Below, piece by piece: positions 26,028 through 41,800 of a DNA stretch of 64,000 nt (within the stretch, counting starts at the first letter, position 1; every line of letters begins with the position of its first letter). Source of the stretch: Mytilus trossulus (lineage: Eukaryota); assembly GCF_036588685.1 (NCBI RefSeq), contig NC_086380.1, positions 1,488,001-1,552,000 of the forward strand, written 5' to 3'. Under the pieces are notes generated by a model. It made no database searches, was not told the origin of the DNA, and saw only the letters and a list, made by a program, of their open reading frames with translations. A program made the translations under genes and the position numbers.

Positions 26028-27325
26028 TTAGCTACTAGTAACTTCTTAAAAGCTTTATATTTTAGAAGATTGATGACCTGGATCCTTCATACTTTGTATA
26101 TAGATGCCTTATATATGTTATAAAGTTTCTGTCTGTTTTATGTCCATTGTCCTTGACCTCATTTTCATGGTTCAGTAACTACTTGATAAAAAGTTAGATT
26201 TTTTGTTGTAATGTTAATATCTCTCTTACTATAAGTAATATTAGGATAAGTATATTTAGTATGTGCGTACCTTGCAAGGTCCTCATGCCCATTACAGTTT
26301 TCACTTAAACTCAACCTGATTTCATAAATTAGTGAACAAGGTTAAGTTTTGGTGTTCAAGTCCATATCTCAGATACTATAAGCAATAGGTCTAGAAGAAT
26401 TGTTGTTTGGAAAGATTGCAACTTGTGTGTGTTTACCCTCTTTAAATAAAGAATTTATTATTGTTATTATTATTTCTACTATATTTGGTCTATTGAGTGA
26501 TTGTAAGGTGAACACATTTTCATGGTTCAGTGATCAAAGTTCAGTTTATTTGGTTTTTCAATTTTTTGTCTTTTTTTCTAACACAATATAAAAGGTCAAC
26601 TATATGTGATGTATGTAAATAGTTTATGATGTACTTGTCAGTCTCACAGGTTTTTTGTTTACCTTGACCTCATTTTAATGGTTCATTAGCTAGGAAACTA
26701 GAATAAGCCTCTTATAATTGTTCTATCAAAAAGTAAAAAAAACAAAAATATCAAATTCCAAGAAAACTCCAAAACAGGTTTTCTTTTACTTTTCTACATT
26801 GGCTAGAGGTTTAGGGGGAGGGTTGAGATCTCACAAACATGTTTAACCCTGCCCTATTTTAGCGCCTGTCCCAAGTCTGGAGCCTCTGGCCTTTGTTTGT
26901 CTTGTATTATCTGTTGGTGACCTTCTGCTGTTGTTTAATTCTTTGGTCGGGTTGTTGTCTCTTTGACACATTCCCAATTTCAATTCTCAATTTTATTTCT
27001 GTTCACAAATGACTTGGTACAGGCATTGCCTTATGAAGAAAATGGTGGATTAAACCTGGTTAATCTACAGCAAGAACAATAGACTGACATCAGAGAAATG
27101 GGTTAACAATGAATATCTACAATTTTGTCATTTAAAAGAAATTGTCCTGAAATCTGATCTTAGGTCACCATGTGAATGAAATAACAATTAATGTATTCTC
27201 AGATTGTTCCTACAGTATAGAAACATCAATTGTCATAGTGATCTTTGTTATATTATTTTTTGTTAAGTTATATATGGTGGGTTGTTGTCTCACTGACATT
27301 ACATTTCACTGACCATCATTTTATG

Positions 27326-27528
27326 TACTGTGGATTCATTTTTTTTTTCGTTGGATACCAATTTTCGTGGGTAAAGGTTAATCACGAAATTAAATGTTTA
27401 ACAAATAAGAAATTTACCCTAGAATTGCATGCAGACTTAGTTATAACCATGAAATTAAATATCCAAGAAAATGTCAGTTTTCTATTCACGAAAAATTGAT
27501 ACCCACGAAAATAAATGAATCCACAGTA
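27326..27528. mobile_element. Short TA-flanked MITE family (related copies at about 36605-36792, 38405-38579 and 39031-39250)
   Basis: TACTGTGGATTCATT ... AATGAATCCACAGTA terminal inverted repeats. Confidence 0.7.
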
Positions 27529-28464
27529 TTTGATTTTGTGTTTATATTTATTCTCATTACTATTTTATTCAGTCTTACTTTCTTTTCATTTCAATGTCTA
27601 ATTGTATTTTGATCCATCACCCTTTCCCCTCTGAAAAAGCTTAATTTTTCTATTTGTTCCATGACATTTTTATAGTAGTTTTCTCATAGCTTTGTACATT
27701 TGGTGTGATGCTTTATCATTTTTATTGTTTTATTGCACATCAAATTCTGTCAATTTTTCTTAATAACAGTATTTTTTTAAAGAAAACAAATTTATCAGAA
27801 CTTCTTCAAGTGACAGGATTTAACATATCATGAATATTTATAACCATTGCTCAACAACTTCTTGTTTATTGAACACTTATATTGAGGGTATCATAAAGAA
27901 CAATAGATGATTATTCTTGTTTTCCAGATATTTTTGGGATACGATTGCTGTCAAGCAATCTGTAGACTTTTACCATTGACACTATGACACACTCCCTCAC
28001 GTCATTCGTTTTATTCTAAACATTCGGCAACATCTCAGATTCTTATGATTGTCTTGCTTTAAAAGGTAAAAACAAGCAAAACAATTGAACATAAACAACT
28101 TTCCTGTAATGTTTTACTCATAATCTTCATGTATGATATTTTCCTTGACTTATATGCGTGTTTTTAACTATACGGAAAATCAGAATTAAACAGTATTTAT
28201 ATTTAGTGTTTTTATAAATTTAGAAACACGTCAGAGGGAATTCCCAAATTTTGATAACTTGCGAGAGTTCTCTGAAAGCCGATCGATAATTCTATTTCTG
28301 TCACAAGAACTGAAGTGGAGTATTTCTATATTTTACCGTTATGAAACTGATATTTGATACTGTACTCTCATAAAGAAATGGATAACCATTCGTCATATCA
28401 TTTAATAAACGTTCTTGTTCCAAATCGCAAGTCGCGGTTTGTTTATGTATTAATGTCCATGCGT

Positions 28465-29515
28465 GGTCTCACTAATTAGAGACAAAAAGCGTCAAGAAGC
28501 GACAAGAAGAATAATATTAGCAACAAGAAACTATTTAGCGACAAGAAAACATTTTTTTATTTATATTACTTATTCGAAATAAATATTAAAAAAATATGCA
28601 AAAGAAAACAATTTCAACGACAGGAAAGTTAATTTTGATAGGGGGGAAAAATGAAACTTGTAAATCTAATTCAGTTGCTACATTTATTTACATGATATTT
28701 TATCACAGGAAGTATATTTTGTATTTTTATTTGTTTTTAAAACCATTTTTGTACAATATATAATTAACTTGCAAAATGCATTATTTGTGCATAATTGTCC
28801 AGAAAATTCATACACAAATTGTGAAATACAAATTAAGAACTGAAATCAAACAAGAGGAAAACATAATTAAAATGTGAATATTTTTCATCATTTTATTTAG
28901 TGTATTGTCTCATTTAACGATATTTATCATGTTTATGCATATAGATTGAAGATTAAAGGAAACTGATGACAATCTTGAGTTTTCAACAGGTGTTCATTAT
29001 TCGGTACAATAATTTTATATTCTGGTGCGTGTAATTGATGAAGGTGTTAATGGATATTGTTGCAAAAAAACAAAGGACACGCACCTAGTTAATCTCATTT
29101 GTTGCTCTTAATTGTGTATTACCTTAGAGTGAAGCCACAGCTAATGTTGGTCCTATCAGGAAAAATTAATTGTAGTTAGGAAGGAAATAATATTTCATGT
29201 TTTTGTTTTATTAAATCCTTCAAAAGGAAGGTGACAAATCTTTGTTTTTATTTTCATTTTATAGCGTTTACATTTCCTTTGCTCTTACACATGTTTAATT
29301 TCTACATCTATCAATATGATAATAAAAAAAAGTACACAATCTCTTCATCGATTTTTTTTTATTTCTTCATCTTTCAATATAATCCTAAAAAATATTTTAA
29401 TGTATGTGATAACAAAATGTATTCTTGTCGCTAATTAGCTTCTTGTTGCTTTTTGTCACTTATTATTTTTCTTCTTGTCGCTTCTTGACGCTTTTTGTCG
29501 CTAATTAGTGAGACC
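28465..29515. mobile_element. MITE with long TIRs
   Basis: About 45-bp TIR GGTCTCACTAATTAGNGACAAAAAGCGTCAAGAAGCGACAAGAAG; CATGCGT is duplicated on both flanks (exact TSD length ambiguous). Confidence 0.75.
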
Positions 29516-32500
29516 CCACATGCGTGTAGTTTTCCTGATTTCAAGGGGTATCAGATTGAGTGATTCCCCGCTTCATTGATTAATTTGAAACTCATGGGAT
29601 TCTTTCTATGTCTGTCTGCATATGGAGGGCTATTGTTGTTGCATAATTTTAAATCACATGCATAATTTAAATTAAAATAAATGTTGCATCGTAAAAATTA
29701 CCTATAACACCCCTTCAGCAGAAATGGAATTTTCCATGTTATTGTTTCGAGTTGTCTCCCTTTTCGAAGTATTCGTCAAGAAGAATTAACTCGTTAATGC
29801 CGGTAAACATCGTTTTATATTAAGAACGATCTCAATGTAAACAGAGGAGTGTGTACGGAAAGGAGCCATGCCCTCTGACCCAAAGGAACTTCAATAATTA
29901 AAGAGTAAGAAATGGGGTTCCTCCTAAACTGGTCCGCCGTTCTATATATAGCTTCGCACCGAAGGTCAGTGTAGCGATAAGTGAACACAATATGATAGGG
30001 GTCCAGTTTAGGGTTCCTCCTAGAATTACGGTGATAAGATACGGAAGCAAGTTAACTCGTACCACGGCATTGGAACCAAAAAAGTTAACTTGTACTACTG
30101 GGAAGTCGTAACATTCAGAAAAATATATAAAAAATATGATGTTTTATGGGTTTCTGTTTGTAAACTTAATAGAAATAAAGTTGATTTACTTGAATTTTAC
30201 ACAGGAGTTAAATGAAAACTTAGACAAAAATAAAGAATGTTTTAAAGCATTAATGTTTTAACTGATCTTTCAAACTAGAACATAGGCGGATCCAGCCCCC
30301 CCCCCTTTTTTTGTGGAAAAAATTTGGTTGATAATAAAGGGAATCATTGAAGCATGACTGGAGCGGGCCCCCTCTTAGGTCAGTCAGCGGGCTCCCCCTT
30401 AGGAAAAGTTCAGGATCCGCCACTGTAGAACTTAATCCAGAGGAAAGTTAAAACATTGCTTTAACTGTACCTTATTAAAATTGAACATGTTGAATATGTA
30501 TATTATTATATCCAATTTAAGTTAATTAAAGCTGTAATCCATGATCACAAATTGAATGCTATGTTTACAATTGTTGAAAGCCATGTGCTTTTTTTTGCGG
30601 GGAAAATGCGGACCCCCTTAACAGGAATCAGTTAAATTTCATTGTTACATTTATTTATAGACAGTAAAAATAATTTTGGCAATCATTTTGACTAACTGCT
30701 AAGATTTTATTATTCATGAAAAATTTTCTTCGGGTGAAACTGTATATACCTTAACTATCTACATCTGCCACAGTATTTTCTATCCAATATACAAGGAACA
30801 TAAGCTACAAATTGGTCATTGTACTTTCAAATTATATACATTTTACAGACTTAAGAGGTATTGGGTGAAAGTAACGTATATCATGTATATTCATCATTTA
30901 ACACCATTTGAATGCATTTAAATAAGTTGGTACGAGTTAGCAATGGTTCGAGTTTTTTTTTTTTAATGGTACGAGTTTACAATGGTACAGGATAACTATA
31001 ATTCGATAAAACACAATAAGTACATGGCTCATACACTTGTAACGGGGATTGGCTATTCTTTAAGTTGAGTGACTATTCAGATTGTTACATTTTGCATGTG
31101 CAGTTGAATTAGTTTAGAGAATAATACTATCCAGCTGTACCAGGGTTACCGGCCAAAAATGCTTGAGACTCTGGCATGTTCATGCTTTTTTTGCAACAGT
31201 ATTCTTGGATCTATTTCTTTCCTCTTTGATCTTTTGAATTTTGGCCAAATCTCATGCATTTGTTTAATGAAAATTTGGCAGAACTGCTATACATGTGTCA
31301 ATGAAAACTATGGCAATCGTATCCCTCAGAGCATTCTGCTCTTTGATTGTTTACAACTGGTCAGAATGCATTGATGAAAAGAAACACAAAGGGGAGTATT
31401 AATTACTTTAATCACAAAGCTGTACAATTATTTACATCTATACATATGTATAAGAAAATATGTACACAGGCCAAAAAAAACACCTGGAAAAAAATTTGAC
31501 ATAATTAACAATAATATATAACAAATAAACAGAAAAAATTACATATAAAATAAAGGATTGAGGGAGTTTTAGAACTGTTAATGTGGTTTTGTTAATTAAT
31601 AATACCTTGAAATACCTCAATACAAAGATGGAATTTATCAGTGGAAATTACTCTAAATTTAAAGTATGTTATCAAGGGAATTAACTCTTATTTAATGTAT
31701 GTGGTATAGAGCATATTCTATTTCTTACTGATATGCCTATCTTCTGAGCTGTGAGCAGCCATACAAATCATTCAGTTCTTGGCATGCTCTTTGACTTATA
31801 ACTTTGAATTTAAAGTCCTTTCATGCTACATTAACCCAAATACATGAAACCTTTTTCTGTCATTATGAAAATGATAATTTGAAATAAAAAAAAAGAAATC
31901 CATGTTAAAAAGAGAAAGTACTATTAAGCCTCTTTTTTGGTCCCTTTATTTCAAAATTGTTAAAAAATATTAAAAAATTTATCAACTAATAACAATCGAA
32001 TCATTATTATATGGAGGTACACCTTCAAACTTTTTTGAATTAATGATATAGTGTAAAGTTGACAAACTAGTCTCATTTCAAGAATGTTTCATTAAAACTG
32101 GTTTTACTGTTTCCATGGTATTGTTTGTCTGTTGAAACAGTATCAGTACCTGGTTTGTATCAGGAAAAAAAATCTTATTTGACATATTTCATTTTTATCA
32201 AAGTAGAAAATCTGGATTTTTTTAAAGAAAACTTATGGTAAATTACAGAAAGGCACTTTGTATATAAATATAAACATTTTGGCAAAGATAAGGTCATCCT
32301 GAAAATACTAATATAAAAGTGACGCTTATTCTAAACTTGTTATAATTCTTCATTCATTTCCTTGATAGCCTATTAAGTAAATAAAATATTATCTATAAGG
32401 ATGACCAATCATTATCTATATTTCAGACAAAGAAATAGGATAAAATAATCTCATTTAAATACATAGAATTCAGTATCAACCATTAAACATCACAACTTAC

Positions 32501-32811
32501 AGGTATTTAAACATATCATTCTAGGATAAGACTGAAAGAAGAATAATAAACTAAAACACGATGAAAAGAAATCACTTAATTATAACTTTGATGAATCAGA
32601 AATAGTTATTCATCAGTTTTAATGCACCAAATGTATAAGTTTTCAATGTGCCATGAAAATTATTCAATCCATCTGTTTTGTTTTTAAAGCTGTATCATAA
32701 GAGTTTCCCAATCACCTAGCTGCCCTCCAGAGGAAATCGGAGATTCTTTAGTCGGAACAGGGAGTGGAAAACTAACAATATAAAAAGTCAGTTAAATATT
32801 TGACTGTTGTT

Positions 32812-35800
32812 TTATCCAGTCTTTGTGAAGTTGTGATACTTCAGATATTCCTTTATTCTACACGGTAATCGTAGGAAGTCGATTTTTGTTGATTTGACAT
32901 GCTTCCTTACGACCATTCGGCTGAGATGTTGGAGACGAGCTACTTTTGGCGGAGTCTGATAAAATCTGATCGTTCCGTCTTTATCCCTGTGAAGAAAAAA
33001 ATATATGGTTGAGAGACAATTCTATCAAAATAATTCTATCAAAAGTATTTAGGTATATGTGTGATATAATGTATGCTGTTTGATTCTTATCTTTTTAAAC
33101 AAGCCACAGTCTTTTGTAGATGATAAAAGAGCTTGTGTTGTAGTATGTTTGTCAGAATGTCCAATCAAAATAAAGTATTTTATAATACAAGTTTTAAAGG
33201 GCTGAAGAAATAACAATATCAGTCTAAAGGTGCCTGCAGGGTTAACCTGGAACATTGACCAAAATTTCTTCAAGATTTTGACATTTTCGAAATAAATATA
33301 GAAAAATTAAGCTTAAAATGGCATTAATTTAGTTTTTGTCTTTTTGTCAATTCCATTACTTTTGACAATTGATGATCTGTCCACTAAAAATCACTTCCAT
33401 CATCCATACAAAAGACTGTAATTTGTTTAAATAAGAGAAAGTGAAAATGAATAAGATTTAACAAAAAATTCAAGCTGTGGCAGTGTTACATTTAGGTTCA
33501 GTCTATGAGTTAAATTCTTTTTAGATAAATGACTTTGTCAAAACCTTTTTTCAAACCTACAGGTACAGTGCAAGTTTTTAAGACATTGTTTACTTTGTCA
33601 ATTTCCTTATAGAATTTTATCAAAATTGAACAGAAGCTTAAAATATAATGGAATTTGATGAGACTGTCATCAAAGTCAGAGGGTTAGCGTTATAAAACCA
33701 GGTTTAATCCACCATTTTCTACATTTGAAAATGCCTGTGCCAAGTCAGGAATATGACAGTTCTTGTCCATTTGTTTTTGTGATGTTCTTTGTTATTTGAT
33801 TTTGCCATGTGATTATGGACTTTCCGAATTAATTATCATCTGAGTTCAGTATTTTTGTGATTTTACTTTTTATCATGATTAAAAGATCGAATCTTCAGAA
33901 AACTTGAAAAAATTCTTTCGATTTTGCAATATTTTCCAAATAAATGGACTGAAGTTGGTGGGTGATTTTCTCACTGGGTTGAAGTCACATTGCTGTCTAT
34001 TTGACACAATCCTTGATACCATTCTCAATTCTATTTTCATTTTATTTTTTGGGCAGTTAATATTAGGGGTGAAATTTGTGATTGAAGTTTATAAGATATC
34101 CTTCAATTTCTCAAATCATCAAGTGGCTCATTCTTTATTTTCATGTTGTGTTTTGTTGTTTGTCTTTTTTTTTTGTCTTTTTTTTTCTTGGCGTTGTCAG
34201 TTTATTTTCGAATTATTTGTTTGAATTTGAATATTACAATATATTTTACTTGTATGCTCAATAAATATTTCATTTTACATTTCAAACTTATAGTGGTAAG
34301 TTGTAAGAGTAAAATGACAGATTGCAAATTAAAATGTATGGTTGGAGTTAACTCCCTTTATAAATACAATATTGCTATTCATAATTGATATCAAATGATG
34401 ACATAGATAAATCTAGCTGTATGTCTGGAGTTAGGGGTCATGCATAATTGTCAACCATTTTCCAAATTATACAAAACATATACTTTTTTAGACCCCCACC
34501 CTGCTTCAAAGTGTAAATCAACAATTTTGAGATTTTAAGATAAGAATCAATCATTCTTAATAAAAAGAAGATCCTGCCTATTCTATTTAAGTTTAATATA
34601 GAAATTTGCATTAAAAATAAACAGAAACATATTGACTATTTTAATTGATGCCATATCTGGGCGAAATTTAAAAAAAAAACGTACTCTAAAAATGTTAATG
34701 TTTTAACCCCCTTCCCCCAAGTGTACGCCTTGAACACTTTGGAAAATGGTTGATATTTATGGATGACCCCTTAACTCCCTTATAAATGTAAATACAATAA
34801 TACAATGGACATCAAATGATGTTTACACCAACCTGAACCTTTGTGATGATGCTGAGAGAAAGGTTTACTTTCTTCCAGCTTTCTTAACTCTCCCACATTC
34901 TACTGGGTCTTTCTGCAGAACAAACAATTAGTATAACACATGACCTTTGACCTTAAGGTCTAAAGGAAGTGGAATAATTTAATTTTAAGAGGCAATTTAT
35001 CATTTAAATGTGAACAAAATTACACAATATCTTAAGCTCATTGAAATATAATGGGGGTCTTTTATCTCTCACCTAATTAAGAATGACCACATCCCCCCTA
35101 TTGAAGAGGGTAGTAATGCCCTTGACCGTCAGACGTCAAACAGTCATTTCGGGCTACCATTATCAACAAATTGGTTAAAAATTGACTGAGATTCATTAAA
35201 ACAACCTTATTGGGATTCGTCAGAGGTCTTTAATAATTTTCGTTACTGTTATTCTAAAAAAAAATAATAATGTGATTCGCCAAGTTTGTTGATTTTTTTT
35301 TCTAAAAGAAAGTGTTCATTTAATTGTCATGCACCAAAAATTACTGTTTTTAATAACATCATTTGGCAAGAACTTTTTACCGTTATTAGTCATGAAAGTA
35401 CCCCCATTACAACCCTCATTCAATGATACACATTCTTACAGAATGCTTTAATACTGATGATAGATGTGTAAATGATGGCTTTCATGGCTGTCAAAGGTTT
35501 TTTGATAATTTTACATTTTTTTTGATTATCTAAATAGAAGTTAAAAAATCAATAGTTCAATTCAAAATAATATATTCATATGTTTATTTCTTTATTCTTT
35601 GTAGAATTCAGTTTTTCAACAGCAAAAAAAAAAAATTATAAAAATTATATACATTGCTAGAGATGAGTACAAATAATGTGTGATGTGAATTTCATTTAAT
35701 ATGTGAAAGTTGATGTTGAATACAAAATGTTGACCAATTACATACCAGATATTTCAGCAGTTAAATTTTTGATTAAAAGACGAAAAAAGCTTTCCTGGTA

Positions 35801-38800
35801 AAATTTCATTATAGTTTCCTTGGCAATTTGTGATAATTTCATTGAAGCAATTTTAATGTTATTTCTAAAGATAAACTGAATTCTACAGAGAAATAGCATC
35901 TTCATATTCATTTCTTAACTGTTAAAAAAAATAATTAATTAAAAAATGTCTTCTGATTAAAATACAAATATATATAATTCCAAAACCAGTAAATATGAAA
36001 ACTTTAACGTAAACCTACCCGACTGAGATTCGTTGACCTTTTGGTGAGAATGTGCAGTAAAGAGCATTTGCTTGCTCAACAACGTATGATGGGTCATTGT
36101 CATCTTCTTCTAAGTCCCAACATCTCACATACCTAAAATATTTAAACAAATAATCGTTATCAATTCTTTTATGTTCCAACATTGCATCTATCTAAATCAC
36201 TTAGGTCTATTCTTCTAACTTAAAATAATTGGGTTTTTTCCAAGAAAATGAGACCACAAATTTCGCTATTAAAGAATTAAAATTCAAAGTCTGCTTTTAC
36301 CAACAAATAGCAGTTCCTTAATTGCTTACACCCACTTCATTTGAACTTTTGATAGTTGGCATTCATACCTCATCTCTTTATTCTTATAATCATTATCATT
36401 TTTCACAGAGACAAAAATTCAGTTTTATAAGATTCGTTGGCCTTTATATTCTGTGTGTGTTTGAATGCCAATTATTCAAACTCTGCGTAAAACTTTCAGT
36501 TCTATATATTAAGAACAAATACCCATCTTTGTTTATAGTATTTAACGATGGACATTTCTTATTAAACTTATATCCAATGTCCCCTTTTGTCCAAATAATA
36601 CAATATTGTTGATTCATTATTTTCGGTGGAACCAATTTTTGTCGATCAAGGAAAACTTGTATTTTCGTAGATTTGACAGTCTGCATATATTCATTCCTTT
36701 AAAAAATTTGTAATTCATTAAACATGTAAATTCATGGTTCCCCTGTACCTACAGATTTGGTATCCAATATTATTAATAATGAATCCACAGTATACAAATG
36801 TCTTACCCATCATCATTAATGGTAAGGACCATCTGACCGTGTGGATGAAATGAGATTCCTCGAATATAAAATTCATTCGCTCCAGCTGCAAATATTGGTC
36901 GGGGAGGAGGGTACATGTGGCTGTAATCAGAAATAGTCAAATAAAAACATTTTATAAAAAAATATACAGGAAAACTATGTAAGAAGTACCATAAAATCTG
37001 TTTTATCCATTTTATGAAAATAGTAGGGGGTCACCTGTTTCATCTTATTTTCAGTAGAAATCAAAAAGAATTTTCAAGTAGCTGCAAAAAGAGTCTTATT
37101 TTGAGATCTTGAGTCAATAATTTTTAATTTCTCAAAAATATTGTTGCTAGAGGATATGTTTTTACATTTATACATTGTATATTAAATGTATCAAACTATG
37201 GAATTTCAAAATAACTCATGAATTATTTTTTTTTATAAAGAACACCCACCAAAGTTCTTGAAGCGACTGTCCTGTATATACATCCCACAATATAACTCTG
37301 GTATCAAAAGATGCAGTAGCTAATAAGGCGCCATCTGGTGAGAAACAACATCCAATAACATCATGGTAATGTCCATGTAAATGAGACGGAGAAAAGTTAT
37401 TCAACAAATCCCATAGTATCACCTGAAAAAGATGGCAAAATGAATTGACTGCTTTTTAAAATAAGTTATGATTGAATTCTAAATAAATTCAAAACAACAA
37501 GTAAAAATAGAGTTTACATGTTTAGACAAAAAGTAATCAAATATCAAAATATCCAAAATATTATATTTATCATTAATTGTTTAGTTCAACACCTTTTTAG
37601 ATCATTTCTATTTTAAGTTGTTGAACTTTAGTTGTTAATGTCTGCTTTATTTGGTCTCTTGATGAGAGTTGTCTCATTGGCAATGATACCACATCTTCTT
37701 TTTTTACATCTCCAGGTAAATTCTAAACACAGAGGGAAATAACAAAAAATCAGGAAAAAAACAATATATTGTGTTGTCTGTTTTAAAACAACAAACGATA
37801 TATTTTGTATCTGATTTAATTAATAATTCTGTGCAATTTTGAAATTTACGATCTGAAGTCCGGAGATCAGTTTCTGTTTTATGACAACATTATAAACCAA
37901 ATGAGCTAAAAGGGGACATTGAACATTTATTATTTGTGCTAATAATTATGATTTATCTCCCCTGAAACTTATCTATTTTGACTGACATATAACTTACAGT
38001 TTTTCCACTGCCAACACTAGCAATCATATCACATTTGGGTGACCATTTCGTATCATACACCCATTTAGTATTGCCTCGCAGTGATTTATACATATTTCCA
38101 TCGTCGTTAAGGTCCCAAAATTTAATAGTTCCATCTCTGGAGCCTGACAAAAGAATAAGGCTTCCATCTGGAGCAAAGTTTAAACTTTTAACGATGTCTT
38201 TATGGTCTTTTAACATAAGGAGAAGTTTGCCTGCAATGATAAAGATTACAGTTTACAGTACACACAAAGTTTAAAAATCACTCTTGCAAATGATGATAAC
38301 GCCAATCATCCTTATAACACATCTTCAAATAGACCGTTCTTAAGCAAATTAAAACATGAGCTCTGCCCGATCAGTTGAAATAACATTGGTAATACACACA
38401 AGATACTTTGCATTCATTTATTTGTGTGGGTATCAATTTTCGTGGATTGCTGAAAACTTACATAGTCTCAATAAACCTATTGAAATTATGTTACCTGATA
38501 AACATTCGAATTTGTTGTTCACCTGTGCCCATGAACCCACTAAATCTGGTATCCAACGAATAATAATGAATCCACAGTAGCTTGAAATTCATAAAAATTG
38601 CAATAAACAGTACATACAGGGTTTTAAACCACAACTACATATTTGTACTAGTGATAATAACAATACATGTAGTAATAAACAGAACACACATATCTGTGAA
38701 ACAGGTGCAATGGCTGTTGATTGAGCAATAACACTCATAATTTTTATGATTTTCAGAATACTGTGGATTGATTTAACTTCATTGGTACCAATTTTTGTTA

Positions 38801-41800
38801 ATTCACTTTCGAGGATATCTAATTTTGTAGTTTTTCCAAAGTCTGTATACAAGACAATGGAAAATTTGTATTTCGTTGAACATTTAAATTGTTGGCACAT
38901 CTGTAACCACAAAATCCACAAAAACTTTTGTAACCAACTAAAAATAATGACTCCACAGTACATAGAGAAATAGTAAATACTGCAATAAAAGAGGCTTCAA
39001 ATGTGTAATTGTGGTCTGTTGAGTATAAACTACTGTGAATTCATTTATTTTTGTGGGTATGATTAAATCAATTTCTGTGGATTGTTGAAAACTTGCATAT
39101 TCATGGATATTTGATTTCGTGGCTCTGCTGATCGTTGTATACACAGCCTCTTTAAAATATGTTGTTCCTTGAACATTTGAATTTGTGGTAAACCTGTACA
39201 CACAATTCCAATAAAAATTGGTTTCCTACGAATAATAATGAATCCACAATATACAGTGAGGGTTTTATTCTTTGCCTTGTTTTGAAGGCATGGTTGGTTG
39301 GTTGCATAAAATTGCTTATATCCACATAATTTGAAATATTGTGGAAAGTTGTCTAATTGGCAATCATACCACATCTCCTTATTCTTATTGTGAGCTTAAT
39401 TATAGTTCTCCTGTACTAATAAATATTGGAACACAGAAGCTTTTTCCGACAATATTTAACATTCACAATTGATTTACGGATAAAATATACAGGTTTCCTA
39501 CATGTATATACACAAGTCTATTACCTGTATTACAGTCCCAAACTTTAATGTTACCATTCTGATGACCAGTGGCTAGTAGCAGACCCTCGTCTACTTTCAA
39601 ATGTTTCCACGTCAAAGTATTATCTCCTTTTGTAGAACCAGATCCAAAGGCAACGGACCAAACAACTTCAACCCCATCTAAAATTCTAGTTGGTCTCTGT
39701 TCATTCTGTTGTTGTAAATTTCCATCTAAATGTAACGTTACATTCTCTGCGTCTTCATATAATAATATATCCTCATTTAACACTCTGTGTGTGGAAATAA
39801 AATAAAATTATATAAAATCAATCATCAAATTAAATGTTATAACAATATAGGAATACCTTTAAAGACGAAGGGAAGGATTATGGTCTCAATAACTTTGTTG
39901 AACCCTGGTCATAGAGCCAGTCCTGAAATAGCATCATTATAATCATTGATAATTGGTTGCTTACTGCCATACTTGACATTTTCTGTATTTTGAGATTATG
40001 AGTTGCAAGTAGTTCTTTGATAGATTTTGTCTAATTTATTGACTCATGACAATCTAGAGCTTTGTTTATTGTACATGCACCTAATTATATAAACATTGTT
40101 GACGTTTGTATTTTGATCTCTAAAGGTTTTTTGGTTGCTTACATCCGCAAAGAGATATTGACATAAAGGAAGTGCAAATTGAGTGTATCTTTTTGATTGC
40201 ATTAAACTATTCTCATTTTCTTTCTAGATCTATATCTGGCCCTAAACAAAAATGTATACTGGTTCTGTGACAATGGACGTCATACAACTATTCATCAGAG
40301 AACAAAATCTTGGATGTAAACAACTAAAACTAGGTCATCATAGCTGATTTTTCATGTTTTCTTTGAACTACACATACCGGTACATGTATATAATATTAAT
40401 CACTCACATTTTGTTTTCTCTGTTATCCCAGGGTACCAGTTCAACCTTTCCTCCACCACATGGCCAAGCAAAATAAGTATTATCTGGTGACCAGGCACAA
40501 GTCTTGGCACCTGACGGGGACCTGGTGGTTCTATGGGTTATAGGTAATGTAAGGGGATGTAACTGTACATCCGTCTGCTTGAGACGTTCTAAAAATAAAA
40601 ATAAACATGATTAATTTGTCTGCCTCATGTCCTCTGTATTCTACTTGAAACAAGCATTATTTTTTTTAATGTGGAATAACTTTGAATTCTGGAAAATTGA
40701 TAAGAAAAGTATGATGAAAACTAAATAGGGTTGCATGCGCACATGGCTCTTAGTTCATACTGAAATATCAGTGAAAGTAAAATTAACCTCTAAGCAGTGT
40801 ATGCATGCTTAACTCTGTTTAAGGTTTAGTTTTCACCATTCATTCTTTTCTATCAATTTTCAGAATTCAAATTATTCCAGATTTTAAGAATTCCTTGTTT
40901 TGAGACGTTCCAAAATTTAAAAAAAACCATGAACATGTGATTCAAATGTACAAAAAAGCAGTTCTATAATATAAGTTAGTTTGTAGTTCACGCTGGACTA
41001 TGAATAATCTTTTATTAAATTGACTTTGTTATACAAGTATATAAGGTCACACTGATCACACAACTGATAAGCCTAGGACAAGGACAATCACTTGTGGTCC
41101 AGTCATTAAACAAATAGAACTTTGACCTCAAATTATTTTCCATTTGAGTTTGGTGTTAACATTCAGGTAAGTCAAATAATATATGTATCCATTGCTCTGT
41201 AAACAATGGTAAATGTCTGTGTATTAAACATGTGTATAACACTAAAATTGGTACATACAAAAGAGAAACTGGTACTCTTTCCTAATATTACACCCCAAAA
41301 ACTTAAACCCTCTAAAACCAAAAACCATGATAACCAGAGTTTTTGAAAAGTGGCAGTCCTCAGGATTTTGCATAGGACTGACACAATTTTAGTATTTTCA
41401 ATAGAATTAATAGTGAGGACCAGCAGATTTTCTCCAAGAACCATCAAGGAAAAAAAGATTCCGCGAAATTCTGAATAACCACTCTAAAATTCTAATCCCT
41501 CACATGCACACCAATATCTCCATTCCTCCTCCCCACGTACACACCAAAATCTGAAAGCCTCCACCTCAATTACACATTAAAATCTTATACCCTCCTCCCC
41601 ACATACAACCCAAAAACTTAAACCCTGTCCTCCTTGTATACCCATTTTAAAACCTTAAACCCTCCACCTCACTTCATGTACTTGCACATCAAAAACTTAA
41701 ACCCTCCAACTCACTTGCACATCAAAAACTTAAACCCTCCAACTCACTTGCATATCGAAAACTTAAACCCTCCAACTCACTTGCACATCAAAAACTTAAA

